This document shows, piece after piece, positions 45,509 to 54,268 of a stretch of DNA of 64,000 nt (positions are counted from its first letter, which is position 1; each line of letters opens with the position of its first letter). This DNA comes from a virus (Duplodnaviria; Caudoviricetes), in IMG/VR virus record IMGVR_UViG_3300043391_000853, positions 64,001 through 128,000 of that record, one strand, 5' to 3'. The notes under the pieces were generated by a model. That model saw only the letters and a list, made by a program, of their open reading frames with translations, made no database searches and was not told where the DNA came from. The position numbers and the translations under genes are program-made.

Positions 45509-45955
45509 TTACAGCTGGTGATTTACGACTGAGAATGTGAACACAAACTGAGCCATAGTGTCAGGTTCGCTCAGTACGGTTATTTGTGCTGTGGTTAGGA
45601 TGGCTGTGACTGTTACAGATCCTACAGTCATGGATTTAGGTTTGCCTCTAAGCGAACTAACAGCTGATGCAAATTTTGGAGCTCCTGGCAAGCTGCTCTT
45701 GCAGTCACTATACATGGTTCCTTGTACCTGTATGGAGCCTACACCCTTACCGAAATGTATATACTTGGTTACGTCGTCAAAGGTTAAGAAGTATTGAATA
45801 GTTTCATTCAACATTAGACTTACTGAGTCATACACAGCTAGTCCTCCCTTTCCGACAATATTGTCGACCCCAGGAATCTTGATTAGCCCGTCGGCTCCTC
45901 CGCCTCCGCTTTTGAAGAGATCGTTTGATGAGTTGGTGTACATGTAGGCTGCCAT
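45509..45955 (-). CDS. Tail-tube-like initiator protein
   Basis: IQYFLTFDDVTKYIHFGKGVGSIQVQG...FVFTF; lies directly downstream of the tape measure gene. Confidence 0.6.
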   Translation of the reverse strand: MAAYMYTNSSNDLFKSGGGGADGLIKIPGVDNIVGKGGLAVYDSVSLMLNETIQYFLTFDDVTKYIHFGKGVGSIQVQGTMYSDCKSSLPGAPKFASAVSSLRGKPKSMTVGSVTVTAILTTAQITVLSEPDTMAQFVFTFSVVNHQL

Positions 45956-45970
45956 AATATTTATTATCTT

Positions 45971-48900
45971 TTATTTTAAAGCGTCAGCAAGCCTGCCTAG
46001 CTGAGTGGCGATATTTCCGCCTGATTTAATCCCATCTGTCAGCAGTGTGATTATCTTGGCTAACTCTGCCATCGGTCCTCCTGCTGCTCCTCCCGCTCCG
46101 TCTCCTCCTGTAGCTGCGGCCTCGGCTTGAGCTTTCCTTATCGATTCATCTGTCTCGTCTACCTGCTTTTTGATGGCGGCTTTCTCTTTTTCATGTCCTT
46201 CTTGATTAAAGTAATTGGTCTTATCCCCTTTGTTTTCTGGTTTAAGACTTTCGCGATAGGCGGCTATCGTTGCTGATGCATCTCCTCCGTGACCTTTTAG
46301 GGCTGCGGCTATGCGATCGCTTTCCTCGCCACCGGGACTAGTGCCCTGTTTTTCAAGGTTTTTAGCTAGTTTATCCTCTTCGTTAGCCTTGATTTCACCC
46401 ATCGCGGACGCGACATTGGTATTTACTTGGCCTTGCAATACTGCAGCTGCTGCGTCTTTAATCCCCCCTTTCTGTGCACGCTTATATATTTCGTCGTCCT
46501 GCAGATGGCCCATTCCACTAGCTCTTTTAAGGTGTCCTAGCTCCTCTTTTTCTTCAGCACTTAGACCTTTCTTGTTTTGCAACTCATCTAAGCGAGCTCG
46601 GGCTTTTTTAGAAGTATCTAATGTGCCTGCAACGTCTTTGAGATACTGTCCTGTTTGCTGGTATTCCTCTCCTGTAAACCCTCCCTGTTTTAGTGTATCT
46701 AATGTTTTTTTGGCTTCTACTTTTTCTGCGGCTGTACCGTTTTGCAGTTTGTCTTCAGCTGCTGTCCTACGAGCCTCAAGTACTTTATTAAGTTCCTTGG
46801 CGTAGTTGCCTTCTTTTACAAGTTGCTTGTCTGTCTTATCTTCTCCACCCATTCTTGCGAGTTCTCCTCCAGATACTCTGGCCTGCTCCATTATGTCTTT
46901 TGACTTCTGGGACATTGTATCAGTTGTGGCAAGAATGCCTACCATTGCTTCTGCAGTGCCTGCGAAGTCTTTACCTTCCGCTAAAGCACTCACTGCTTGT
47001 GTGATGATTGGTGCATGAGCAGCATCTAATTTTTTAGATACCTTTTTATCTTGCTCGGCTTGTCTTTCTACCTCCGCATCGAACTCTGCTAGTTTAGCTT
47101 TTGCCTGTTCAGGATTGAGACCTTTGGTAATTTTTGATCTCATGAACTGCTGCTGCAGAAAGGGTTTATATTGACTGAATAGTGCCTGTCCCTGTGGGGT
47201 AAGGTCTTTAATAATATTCTGCGCTGCAAACTCGTCAAACGTACCCTCAAAATCGGCGTACTTAGCCTCCAAGGCTTCTTGTGACGTTTCTCCGTCTTTT
47301 CCTCCAAGGTGTCTAAGTCCTGAGTAGAACCCTTTCACAGCACCTTCTCGTGCAGCTGTACCTGTAACGGCGTCGGATATCTTTTTTTGCCTCATCCCTT
47401 CTCTTGCTAAAAGAGGGTTGCTGCCTGCTCTTACAACGCTATTAATATCCGTCCCGAGAATGTCTGCGATGCCTTGCATCTTGTCTTTATCGTCAAGATC
47501 TGCTCCTGTAATGCCTTTATCGTAAATTGCCTTCAGTTTTTCAAACTGCTCAGGAGTCTTTGCTAAAGCTAGTGTCGCCGCCTGAAATTGCCCCATGCCT
47601 GATTGCGCGAAAGCTAATGAGGACTTGATATTTTCCGCAGCTATACCTTGATTTGCTCCTGCTGCCCGGTATTCCTCTGGCTTCATGTACTTACCCATTG
47701 TGGCTGCAGTACCTAAAGCCTTCATGGTCATGTCGGTACTGGTACCTGCATTCATGTACTGTAGCTGAGGATTATTTTTGGCTAAATCTTTCGCAGACTC
47801 TATGATTTGGAGCATCGAAGATATACTCACCCCTGCTACCCGTGCAGTAGCCTTAGCTTTTCGTAGAAGCATCTCTACCTCTTCGGAGCCTTTCGCAGAG
47901 CTTAGATCTCCTCCTTCTGAGCCTACGATCGAGCTGATGTCTTGTACAAGCGCACTAGCATCTTTTTTTCCAAAAATAGATCGTGCTGCCGATAGTGCTC
48001 CTCCTGCGTTTTTGTAAAAATCTCCTGTTGCGTCGGCTATGCTGCCTCCTCGTCTGTCACCAGTCATGCGTAGCTCTGAAGCCTTACTGGAAGCTCTTTC
48101 AAGCTCGTCAAATTTGAACCCTCTGGTGTTCTCAAAATTGATGCTTTTGTAGCGTATGCCTATCTCTTTTGCAGCTTCGGCTGTCTTAAGTTGCGCCTCC
48201 AAGGGATCAATTTTTGCTGACTGATTTATAATTTTACGTGCCTTATCAACGTTAACATTATCGTCTTTGTCCAAAACCTTCTGCTCCCTCAATTGCTCTA
48301 TAGTCTTGCCGTAGCCTACACCAGGAGTTTTGCTTGTAAGTATGTCTTTTAACTTTTTGTTTGCCTTTTCCTTTTCCTTGTCGTCTCCGTCATCGTTAGC
48401 TGACTCTAATTCGTCCACTGCTCTACGAGCGTTACCAGCTAGTCTGTCCTTAACATACCTATTGGATTTAATTCTCTCCGCTTCTGGATTACTTGAGGCT
48501 GTAGGTGTACGAGATTCTTCAAACTCCTTTAATTTGGTTTGCGCTTTATCGGCATCTAGAAGACCGTCACTTTTTCTCAATTGCGCTAGCTGTTGAGGAG
48601 TTACAACTTTATTCTCCAGAAGCTTCTTTTCAAGCTCCTTGCTGGCTTCTACTTTTTGAGCCTTTTCCTTAGGTGTTTCAATCTTGTCTAGCGCGTTACG
48701 TAGTAAATTTGTATCCAACAAAGGTGGTTGACCTTTTGGCTTTCCTCTTTCTTGTAGTGCGGCCACGTCTCTGTCGCTCCATTTCTGCTTCTTGAGAGTG
48801 GCGCGCATCTCCTTGTCTGCCGCTTCAATTGCGCTGGGGTCGGCGGCAGGGTTATCCTTCGCCTGTACCAGTTTACTGTAGGCCTCTTCAACTATAGCTC

Positions 48901-49975
48901 TTCCAGTTCTTCTGTTCGGATCCTGTCCCGGCTCTTCTCCGGTTCTAAGTCGCTGTATAGCTCCGTTGACTGTGGCCACCATACTTTTTTTAGCTGCCGC
49001 AGCTTCTGCTGTCTCTGGAGCTGGACCTTTTTCTTCATATCTACTAAACAGCTCTTTAACTTTTTGAGGGTCCATCAGTCCGTTAGATCCTCTTGCCTGT
49101 TCTATCTGATCAGAGGAGGCCACTCTAAAGGCTTTCAATTGCTCCTCGAGTCGAGAATTCAGGGCTTTCTGGATGTCCTTGTCTGACTCGTTGAGCATGT
49201 TGGTAACATCGCTTCCTAACGATGCCGATTTGGATACCCTTTCCTTCTTGATTGCTTCTGAGGCGGACTCTCCTCCTGTGAGGTCATACTTATCAATCTG
49301 TGCCGACAGCTCGGATTGATTTGCGGTCAGATTTCCTTTCTTGTCTTTACTTATCCCTGTGAAGCCTAGTCCCTGCAGATACTCTAGGGACTCTTGTGAG
49401 CCTTTATCTAACTCAGACCGCAGATGTGTTCGTACATTTTTTTGTATGTCTGTACGTATACCTGTTTGACCTTCTGAGTCCTCCCAGTTTTGAGTTTTAT
49501 AGAAGTTCTCTCCTGCCTTCTGCATTGCCTCCATGGTCTCGCCTTCGGTAATGCTGCTAAACCTGCCGAAGTTGCCCATAGTGGCACCTCCAGCCATGCT
49601 GGCATACATATGCATGCTGGCTGCCATGGGATTGCCTCCGATGGCAGGAGATAGTAGGTTCGCGGCAGCGCTATCAGGAGATCCCATCAATCCTCCCATC
49701 AATTTAGCTGCCGGTGAACCCTCGACACCTAAGCTAGAAAATAGCGGGTTGTTTGCAAAAGACGCACGCTGCAGACTCATGAAATGTCCTGTACGCTCTT
49801 TCTGTATCAATGCGTCATACATGCTTTGACCGTTTTCCGGCTCAGGCATATAGTTTCTGCTGAAAGCCATGTTGCCCATTATATTTAACAGCGGATTACT
49901 TCCGTAGCTTCTCCCCATTGGGGAGTAGCGGGAATAACCCCCGAACGGGTTTAGTGGGTCAACGTCGTCTTGCAT
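45971..49975 (-). CDS. Tape measure protein (1334 aa)
   Basis: Long helical, Ala/Gly/Lys-rich protein directly downstream of a frameshifted chaperone pair. Confidence 0.8.
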   Translation of the reverse strand: MQDDVDPLNPFGGYSRYSPMGRSYGSNPLLNIMGNMAFSRNYMPEPENGQSMYDALIQKERTGHFMSLQRASFANNPLFSSLGVEGSPAAKLMGGLMGSPDSAAANLLSPAIGGNPMAASMHMYASMAGGATMGNFGRFSSITEGETMEAMQKAGENFYKTQNWEDSEGQTGIRTDIQKNVRTHLRSELDKGSQESLEYLQGLGFTGISKDKKGNLTANQSELSAQIDKYDLTGGESASEAIKKERVSKSASLGSDVTNMLNESDKDIQKALNSRLEEQLKAFRVASSDQIEQARGSNGLMDPQKVKELFSRYEEKGPAPETAEAAAAKKSMVATVNGAIQRLRTGEEPGQDPNRRTGRAIVEEAYSKLVQAKDNPAADPSAIEAADKEMRATLKKQKWSDRDVAALQERGKPKGQPPLLDTNLLRNALDKIETPKEKAQKVEASKELEKKLLENKVVTPQQLAQLRKSDGLLDADKAQTKLKEFEESRTPTASSNPEAERIKSNRYVKDRLAGNARRAVDELESANDDGDDKEKEKANKKLKDILTSKTPGVGYGKTIEQLREQKVLDKDDNVNVDKARKIINQSAKIDPLEAQLKTAEAAKEIGIRYKSINFENTRGFKFDELERASSKASELRMTGDRRGGSIADATGDFYKNAGGALSAARSIFGKKDASALVQDISSIVGSEGGDLSSAKGSEEVEMLLRKAKATARVAGVSISSMLQIIESAKDLAKNNPQLQYMNAGTSTDMTMKALGTAATMGKYMKPEEYRAAGANQGIAAENIKSSLAFAQSGMGQFQAATLALAKTPEQFEKLKAIYDKGITGADLDDKDKMQGIADILGTDINSVVRAGSNPLLAREGMRQKKISDAVTGTAAREGAVKGFYSGLRHLGGKDGETSQEALEAKYADFEGTFDEFAAQNIIKDLTPQGQALFSQYKPFLQQQFMRSKITKGLNPEQAKAKLAEFDAEVERQAEQDKKVSKKLDAAHAPIITQAVSALAEGKDFAGTAEAMVGILATTDTMSQKSKDIMEQARVSGGELARMGGEDKTDKQLVKEGNYAKELNKVLEARRTAAEDKLQNGTAAEKVEAKKTLDTLKQGGFTGEEYQQTGQYLKDVAGTLDTSKKARARLDELQNKKGLSAEEKEELGHLKRASGMGHLQDDEIYKRAQKGGIKDAAAAVLQGQVNTNVASAMGEIKANEEDKLAKNLEKQGTSPGGEESDRIAAALKGHGGDASATIAAYRESLKPENKGDKTNYFNQEGHEKEKAAIKKQVDETDESIRKAQAEAAATGGDGAGGAAGGPMAELAKIITLLTDGIKSGGNIATQLGRLADALK

Positions 49976-49977
49976 CT

Positions 49978-50355
49978 TTATTTTTTATCTTTATTAAAGC
50001 GCTCTTTTGCTGCAGCTATAGTAGCCTTCCACTCCTGAATATTCTCAGGAGTCAGCTCCATATCTTTCGATATGCTTTTTTCTTTTATTTTATCTTTTAA
50101 TCGTGTAGAAGGCAATTTTATTCCCAGCAGCGTATCCTTGGTCTCATAGATAGGGTCTAGATTTCTACTCTGCATACCGGCACGAAGCACCGTTTCAATA
50201 AATAGCTTATGCTCTAGAGCATCGTGCCATTTAGATTCTTCTATATGCTCGAGAATTAGTTCCTCTCTGAGATATGAGGAGTCTAGAGGATATTTAAAAC
50301 TGAGCCAGCCTCGCAAGTAACCTTCAGTGAGGTGTTTTACGCGCTGGCCTTCCAA
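49978..50355 (-). CDS. Tail assembly chaperone, -1 frameshift extension (lambda gpT-like)
   Basis: Opens in the -1 frame exactly at the slippery A-AAT-TTT (50361-50355); has only a TTG start. Confidence 0.75.
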   Translation of the reverse strand: MEGQRVKHLTEGYLRGWLSFKYPLDSSYLREELILEHIEESKWHDALEHKLFIETVLRAGMQSRNLDPIYETKDTLLGIKLPSTRLKDKIKEKSISKDMELTPENIQEWKATIAAAKERFNKDKK

Positions 50356-50864
50356 AAATTTCTGTTCTGTACCTCACGAGTAAGCGTTAGCATTTTGCTC
50401 TCAAACTGTTTGAACGCGTCCAGATATGCGGACAATTTTGGTGTAGCCCAATCAAGCATAGGGCTAGTCCTGGCAAGAATATAGGTGTCCTTGTCCGATG
50501 CAGGCTTGAAGGTTCCTTTTGAGATATCGGAATATGTTACCCCGTTAATTTGTTTTAACGAGACTGCTAGTCTATAGGAAGCAATGGTTACCAGGTAGGC
50601 GTCATTTTCTGCGGCGGTTCCGTTTTTTCTATCCAGTACTATCTGTCCGACAATATCTGAGTTCTCTTGTACTGACATGGCCTGAAACGTCAGTTTCAAC
50701 TTCCCGTCGAACAGGTTCACCGTTTCTTCGTAAGGAGAGTCAGACAAAATACTTTTAAAGAAATTTTCTTTGTCTTCTTCAGTAATCTGAGGGATGTAGT
50801 TTAACTCAGTATCCATATCTACAGATGGATTAATTAGTGTCTCTGTTTCGTTTGATTCGTCCAT
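50337..50864 (-). CDS. Tail assembly chaperone (lambda gpG-like)
   Basis: Upstream of the tape measure gene; ends NRNFWKASA across a slippery heptamer. Confidence 0.75.
   Translation of the reverse strand: MDESNETETLINPSVDMDTELNYIPQITEEDKENFFKSILSDSPYEETVNLFDGKLKLTFQAMSVQENSDIVGQIVLDRKNGTAAENDAYLVTIASYRLAVSLKQINGVTYSDISKGTFKPASDKDTYILARTSPMLDWATPKLSAYLDAFKQFESKMLTLTREVQNRNFWKASA
50355..50361 (-). other. Programmed -1 ribosomal frameshift site A AAU UUU
   Basis: In-frame X XXY YYZ heptamer; the fused product reads ...QNRNF-LEGQRVKHLTEG... Confidence 0.75.
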
Positions 50865-50866
50865 AA

Positions 50867-53257
50867 TTAGGATTGTATTTTATATTTTAATAACGAGTCT
50901 AGTTTAATTTCGGCGGGTGCTGAGTCTGAGTCAGCCTTACTGGACCAATCTTGACCTAGATCGTTTTGTTCTAGGTTAACAGGCTCTTCAGTGGAAATAT
51001 AGAACTTTTCAAATAAATCTGCGCCTGGAAATGGGTAGGTATCGTTTACTTTCTTTTCTTCCCATTCGGTTAGCGAGTATAGCCCAGTCAAGCGGTCATC
51101 TTGCTGAGCTAAAGTGGCAGGGATCGCGTCTTTATCTCCTGTTAAGCCTCCTCCGTACTTACTTGATTTTAGATACTTGAACTTGAGTGCGTCCAACTTT
51201 GCTTCCTCTTCAAAAATCGTGTACTTCAATATGTCTTTCTTGCTTTCTTTTATCTCCTCTAATCCTTCAGTGAGTGCAGAGACCTCTATTATCCCCTTCA
51301 AAGGATCTACAAACGGATTATCTGTATCGTAACCGATGGCCAACATCTGATCCTTTTGACCTATGGCTGTTGTTCCTGACCCTGCCAGGATGACTGTGCT
51401 GTCTGATAATACTTGTGTTACTTGCGCGGAGTGTAGGAATAAACTCGTGTTGGCAAGTACCCTTGTAGCTGTAGCGCTGAGTAAATTAATCTCCGTCCCG
51501 GACACTATGTCTGTGTTCGTCAGGGACTGTAGCAGTATTCTTTTTTTGGCATAATTAACAATATCTTTCTGCGCATAGTTGTATATGCCTAGCTTTGATT
51601 TTAGAACTATACCTCCTACATAGTCGATAGCTTCTTTTTCTGGATCAGGGGACCCTGGCGTATCTGTTGATCCGTTAGCCTCTACCACGAAGCCTCCCTC
51701 CTTACTATAGAAGTATTGACTTTTTTCTGACTTCATACGGAACCCTTCCTCGGTAGAGGATAGATCGATATGCTTTTTGCAGGCCATATTTATATTTCCA
51801 CCTGCTTTTACAATGTTGTTTCTTAGGGGTTGCGAGATCAGATCTTTAGCTGGCTGGATGTATACGTTGCCTCCCTCCATTACAATGGCTGAATTCCAGG
51901 CGTCCCTGATCGTTATACCTCCGTTAGGCATCAGGTATATGCCTGCTGTACGAAGCTTGTATTCTTGCAGGGATAGGGATGTCTCAGCGTCTATTTGACC
52001 GAATTCGCTAATCTTGTTTTCTTTATTGATGTCGTCGTTAACGTAAAAATCTTTTTCGTGACTTTTAAAGTTTTGGTAGCCTAGCTTCTCGTTCACATAC
52101 GCTACATAATCCCGTATCTGTAGAGCATAAGCGAAGGGATTACTTTTGTACTTAAAGTCGTTTTTGAACTCAAAAGGGACCTTAGGTTCGTAAGACAAGG
52201 TCTCGGCATCGTCTCCTTTAGGATCGTCAGGAAATGACTTTCTAAGAGGTACACGGATCCAGTTTGTTTTTTCTAGGAAGACTTCTTTGACGCTTCGTAT
52301 GTGTAATCCTCCATCTGTACCTACGTGAAAGTCGAATAGCCCTGTGTCTGGTTTTGATACGTCCCCTTCAGGGTCATTGACCCGCACCTCTGTCGGGTCA
52401 GGTCTTACCAAAAGAATACGTAAAAAGTCTCCGACGCTACCTAAAAAAATCTTAAATCGTTCTACGGCTTTTATGCGCTCGTCTTCTGAAAACTTGTAAA
52501 AGTCTGCTTTGTCGTCGGAAGTGTGCGTGTCCTCTTCCTCAAATATAGGTTGGTTTCCCTCGTCCTCTACAGCAGGCCTACCATACGACTCCCCTGGCTT
52601 GTGTGTTGCTCCGAACTCAGCCATCAACCTTTTACCGTCGTGATAAATATTATACTCACCTATCGCGGTGTAGTGTTGAAAATTGTGGCTTATGATCCTG
52701 ACTAAGTCATCTAACAGAAAACACTGAACTTGTGCAAGCTCGGAGGCCTTAAGATTAGCTAGCTGTTGGTACAGTCCAAGTAATACACCAAACTCGTTAG
52801 CTACAACGTATTCGCCGTCCACGACATCTCCAGGCCTACGATTTTCGTAAATAGAGTAAGTGTTGTCCGCATGACCTACTCTATTGGCTTCATCATTTAG
52901 AGCGTTTTTAGCTCCGAGCATAGCTCTTCCTGGAAGATCTGAAAAGCCATGAGTCTCTTGAGGGATCACTCCCAAGATATATGTATGCGACGACGACTCG
53001 GATACACATACCACTCTGGTGCCTGGTTGTGGTAAAGAGCAGTCTTTAAACCCTAGAAAATTGGATAAGACTGATGTGACTACAACCCCTTGAGTCATGT
53101 AGCCTAAGCCTCCTTCCGTACCCATCCCGTAGCCTTCTCTGGCTACTGTCACTGTTCGTGAGCCTGCATTAGAGGTCACTACGACTCCTACAAATATTTT
53201 AGACGTTTGTGCCTGCCTGTGTTCTTTGTCTGCCTTTGTTTCTTTATGAATTGCCAT
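50867..53257 (-). CDS. Baseplate central spike (gp5/VgrG-like OB-fold plus beta-helix)
   Basis: FVGVVV...TVTV...LPQPGTRVVCV...YILGVIP; C-terminal short beta-strand repeats (GGITIRD..NSAIVMEGGNVYI). Confidence 0.7.
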   Translation of the reverse strand: MAIHKETKADKEHRQAQTSKIFVGVVVTSNAGSRTVTVAREGYGMGTEGGLGYMTQGVVVTSVLSNFLGFKDCSLPQPGTRVVCVSESSSHTYILGVIPQETHGFSDLPGRAMLGAKNALNDEANRVGHADNTYSIYENRRPGDVVDGEYVVANEFGVLLGLYQQLANLKASELAQVQCFLLDDLVRIISHNFQHYTAIGEYNIYHDGKRLMAEFGATHKPGESYGRPAVEDEGNQPIFEEEDTHTSDDKADFYKFSEDERIKAVERFKIFLGSVGDFLRILLVRPDPTEVRVNDPEGDVSKPDTGLFDFHVGTDGGLHIRSVKEVFLEKTNWIRVPLRKSFPDDPKGDDAETLSYEPKVPFEFKNDFKYKSNPFAYALQIRDYVAYVNEKLGYQNFKSHEKDFYVNDDINKENKISEFGQIDAETSLSLQEYKLRTAGIYLMPNGGITIRDAWNSAIVMEGGNVYIQPAKDLISQPLRNNIVKAGGNINMACKKHIDLSSTEEGFRMKSEKSQYFYSKEGGFVVEANGSTDTPGSPDPEKEAIDYVGGIVLKSKLGIYNYAQKDIVNYAKKRILLQSLTNTDIVSGTEINLLSATATRVLANTSLFLHSAQVTQVLSDSTVILAGSGTTAIGQKDQMLAIGYDTDNPFVDPLKGIIEVSALTEGLEEIKESKKDILKYTIFEEEAKLDALKFKYLKSSKYGGGLTGDKDAIPATLAQQDDRLTGLYSLTEWEEKKVNDTYPFPGADLFEKFYISTEEPVNLEQNDLGQDWSSKADSDSAPAEIKLDSLLKYKIQS

Positions 53258-53270
53258 ACGTGTAGATAAT

Positions 53271-53305
53271 AAAAGACCTCAGCCTTAATATATAAGACTG
53301 AGGTC
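53271..53305 (-). terminator. Intrinsic terminator after the tail tube gene
   Basis: GACCTCAG...CTGAGGTC followed by TTTT on the minus strand. Confidence 0.75.
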
Positions 53306-53329
53306 CTTTAGCAAGTTAATTAGATTAAC

Positions 53330-53746
53330 TTACGCGGTCAACTGCATGAAGTCGATTACCACATTGTCCATAACGGTAAGACTTTCTGCTTCCGCTGACA
53401 CAGAGAACTGACTGACAACTGCGCCTGTAGCAGTGAACTTTCCGCCGCCGCCTTTACAACCACCTAATTCAAAGGTGACGGTTGCAGGACTACATGCAGA
53501 CCATCCATCGCCACCATAAGATCCTCCTTCAAGGATCATGCGTTGAATGGTTGCTTGGCCCTGAGGCTGGGATCCCCATAAGAGAGCTTCTTTGTTACCT
53601 ATAGTACGTCTACGGTTGATCTGTTGCTGGTAAGAGATCTGTACCTGGAGAGCAGTTGCGATGGGACCATTAAAGCTAATGATACACCTATCTGCTGTTA
53701 CTGGTGCCTTGGGGTTTACATCTGTGAATCCGAATAAATCTGCCAT
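53330..53746 (-). CDS. Tail tube protein
   Basis: QVQISYQQQINRRRTIGN....GSQPQGQATIQRM...GAVVSQFSVSAEAESLTVMDNVVIDF; downstream of the sheath; SD-like CAGGA. Confidence 0.75.
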   Translation of the reverse strand: MADLFGFTDVNPKAPVTADRCIISFNGPIATALQVQISYQQQINRRRTIGNKEALLWGSQPQGQATIQRMILEGGSYGGDGWSACSPATVTFELGGCKGGGGKFTATGAVVSQFSVSAEAESLTVMDNVVIDFMQLTA

Positions 53747-53778
53747 ATGTTTTTATCCTGTTAGTTGTTTCTGATTTA

Positions 53779-53807
53779 ATTATATCTAAACTGAGCCAGA
53801 GTTACAA
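53779..53807 (-). promoter_or_regulatory. Sigma70-type promoter for the tube gene
   Basis: TTGTAA-17-TATAAT. Confidence 0.65.
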
Positions 53808-53820
53808 TAAGATCTTTAAA

Positions 53821-54024
53821 TTATTCTGCTAAACCTAACATCTTTACCATATCTTCAAAATTAGCATCTTCTCCTTTGGTGTATCTCACCCAGCCTTTAC
53901 CATCACCAACAATCCTATAGATTACATTGGGTCTGCCTTCGTCTGAGCTTATTAAGATACCTGTAGCTCTATCTGTATCCAATAATACCGGTTCTCTAAA
54001 ATCTCCTGTAACTAGAACTTTCAT
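53821..54024 (-). CDS. Hypothetical protein
   Basis: TAATG coupling with the upstream gene. Confidence 0.6.
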   Translation of the reverse strand: MKVLVTGDFREPVLLDTDRATGILISSDEGRPNVIYRIVGDGKGWVRYTKGEDANFEDMVKMLGLAE

Positions 54025-54260
54025 TATACTGCGATTTGTTTACTACCTGCAGTCATCTGCTGATCAATCAAATCTTGTTTAAGCAGCTCCGCCAGTACAG
54101 AAATGTCTTCATGGGACTCATTCTGATCTTCTGGAAGCTCTTTAAACATAGTTTGAGCGGCAGGATGCTCCATTGCGCGCTTAAATACGTGGGCTGCTGC
54201 TTCTGGAGCCAGCCCACACTCTTCAGCGTATTTAATAAACCCTGCTTCGAGCGAAGTCAT
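54024..54260 (-). CDS. Small GFxKxAxExG-motif protein
   Basis: LEAGFIKYAEECG; the motif is shared with 61694-62308. Confidence 0.65.
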   Translation of the reverse strand: MTSLEAGFIKYAEECGLAPEAAAHVFKRAMEHPAAQTMFKELPEDQNESHEDISVLAELLKQDLIDQQMTAGSKQIAV

Positions 54261-54268
54261 ACTGCTAA

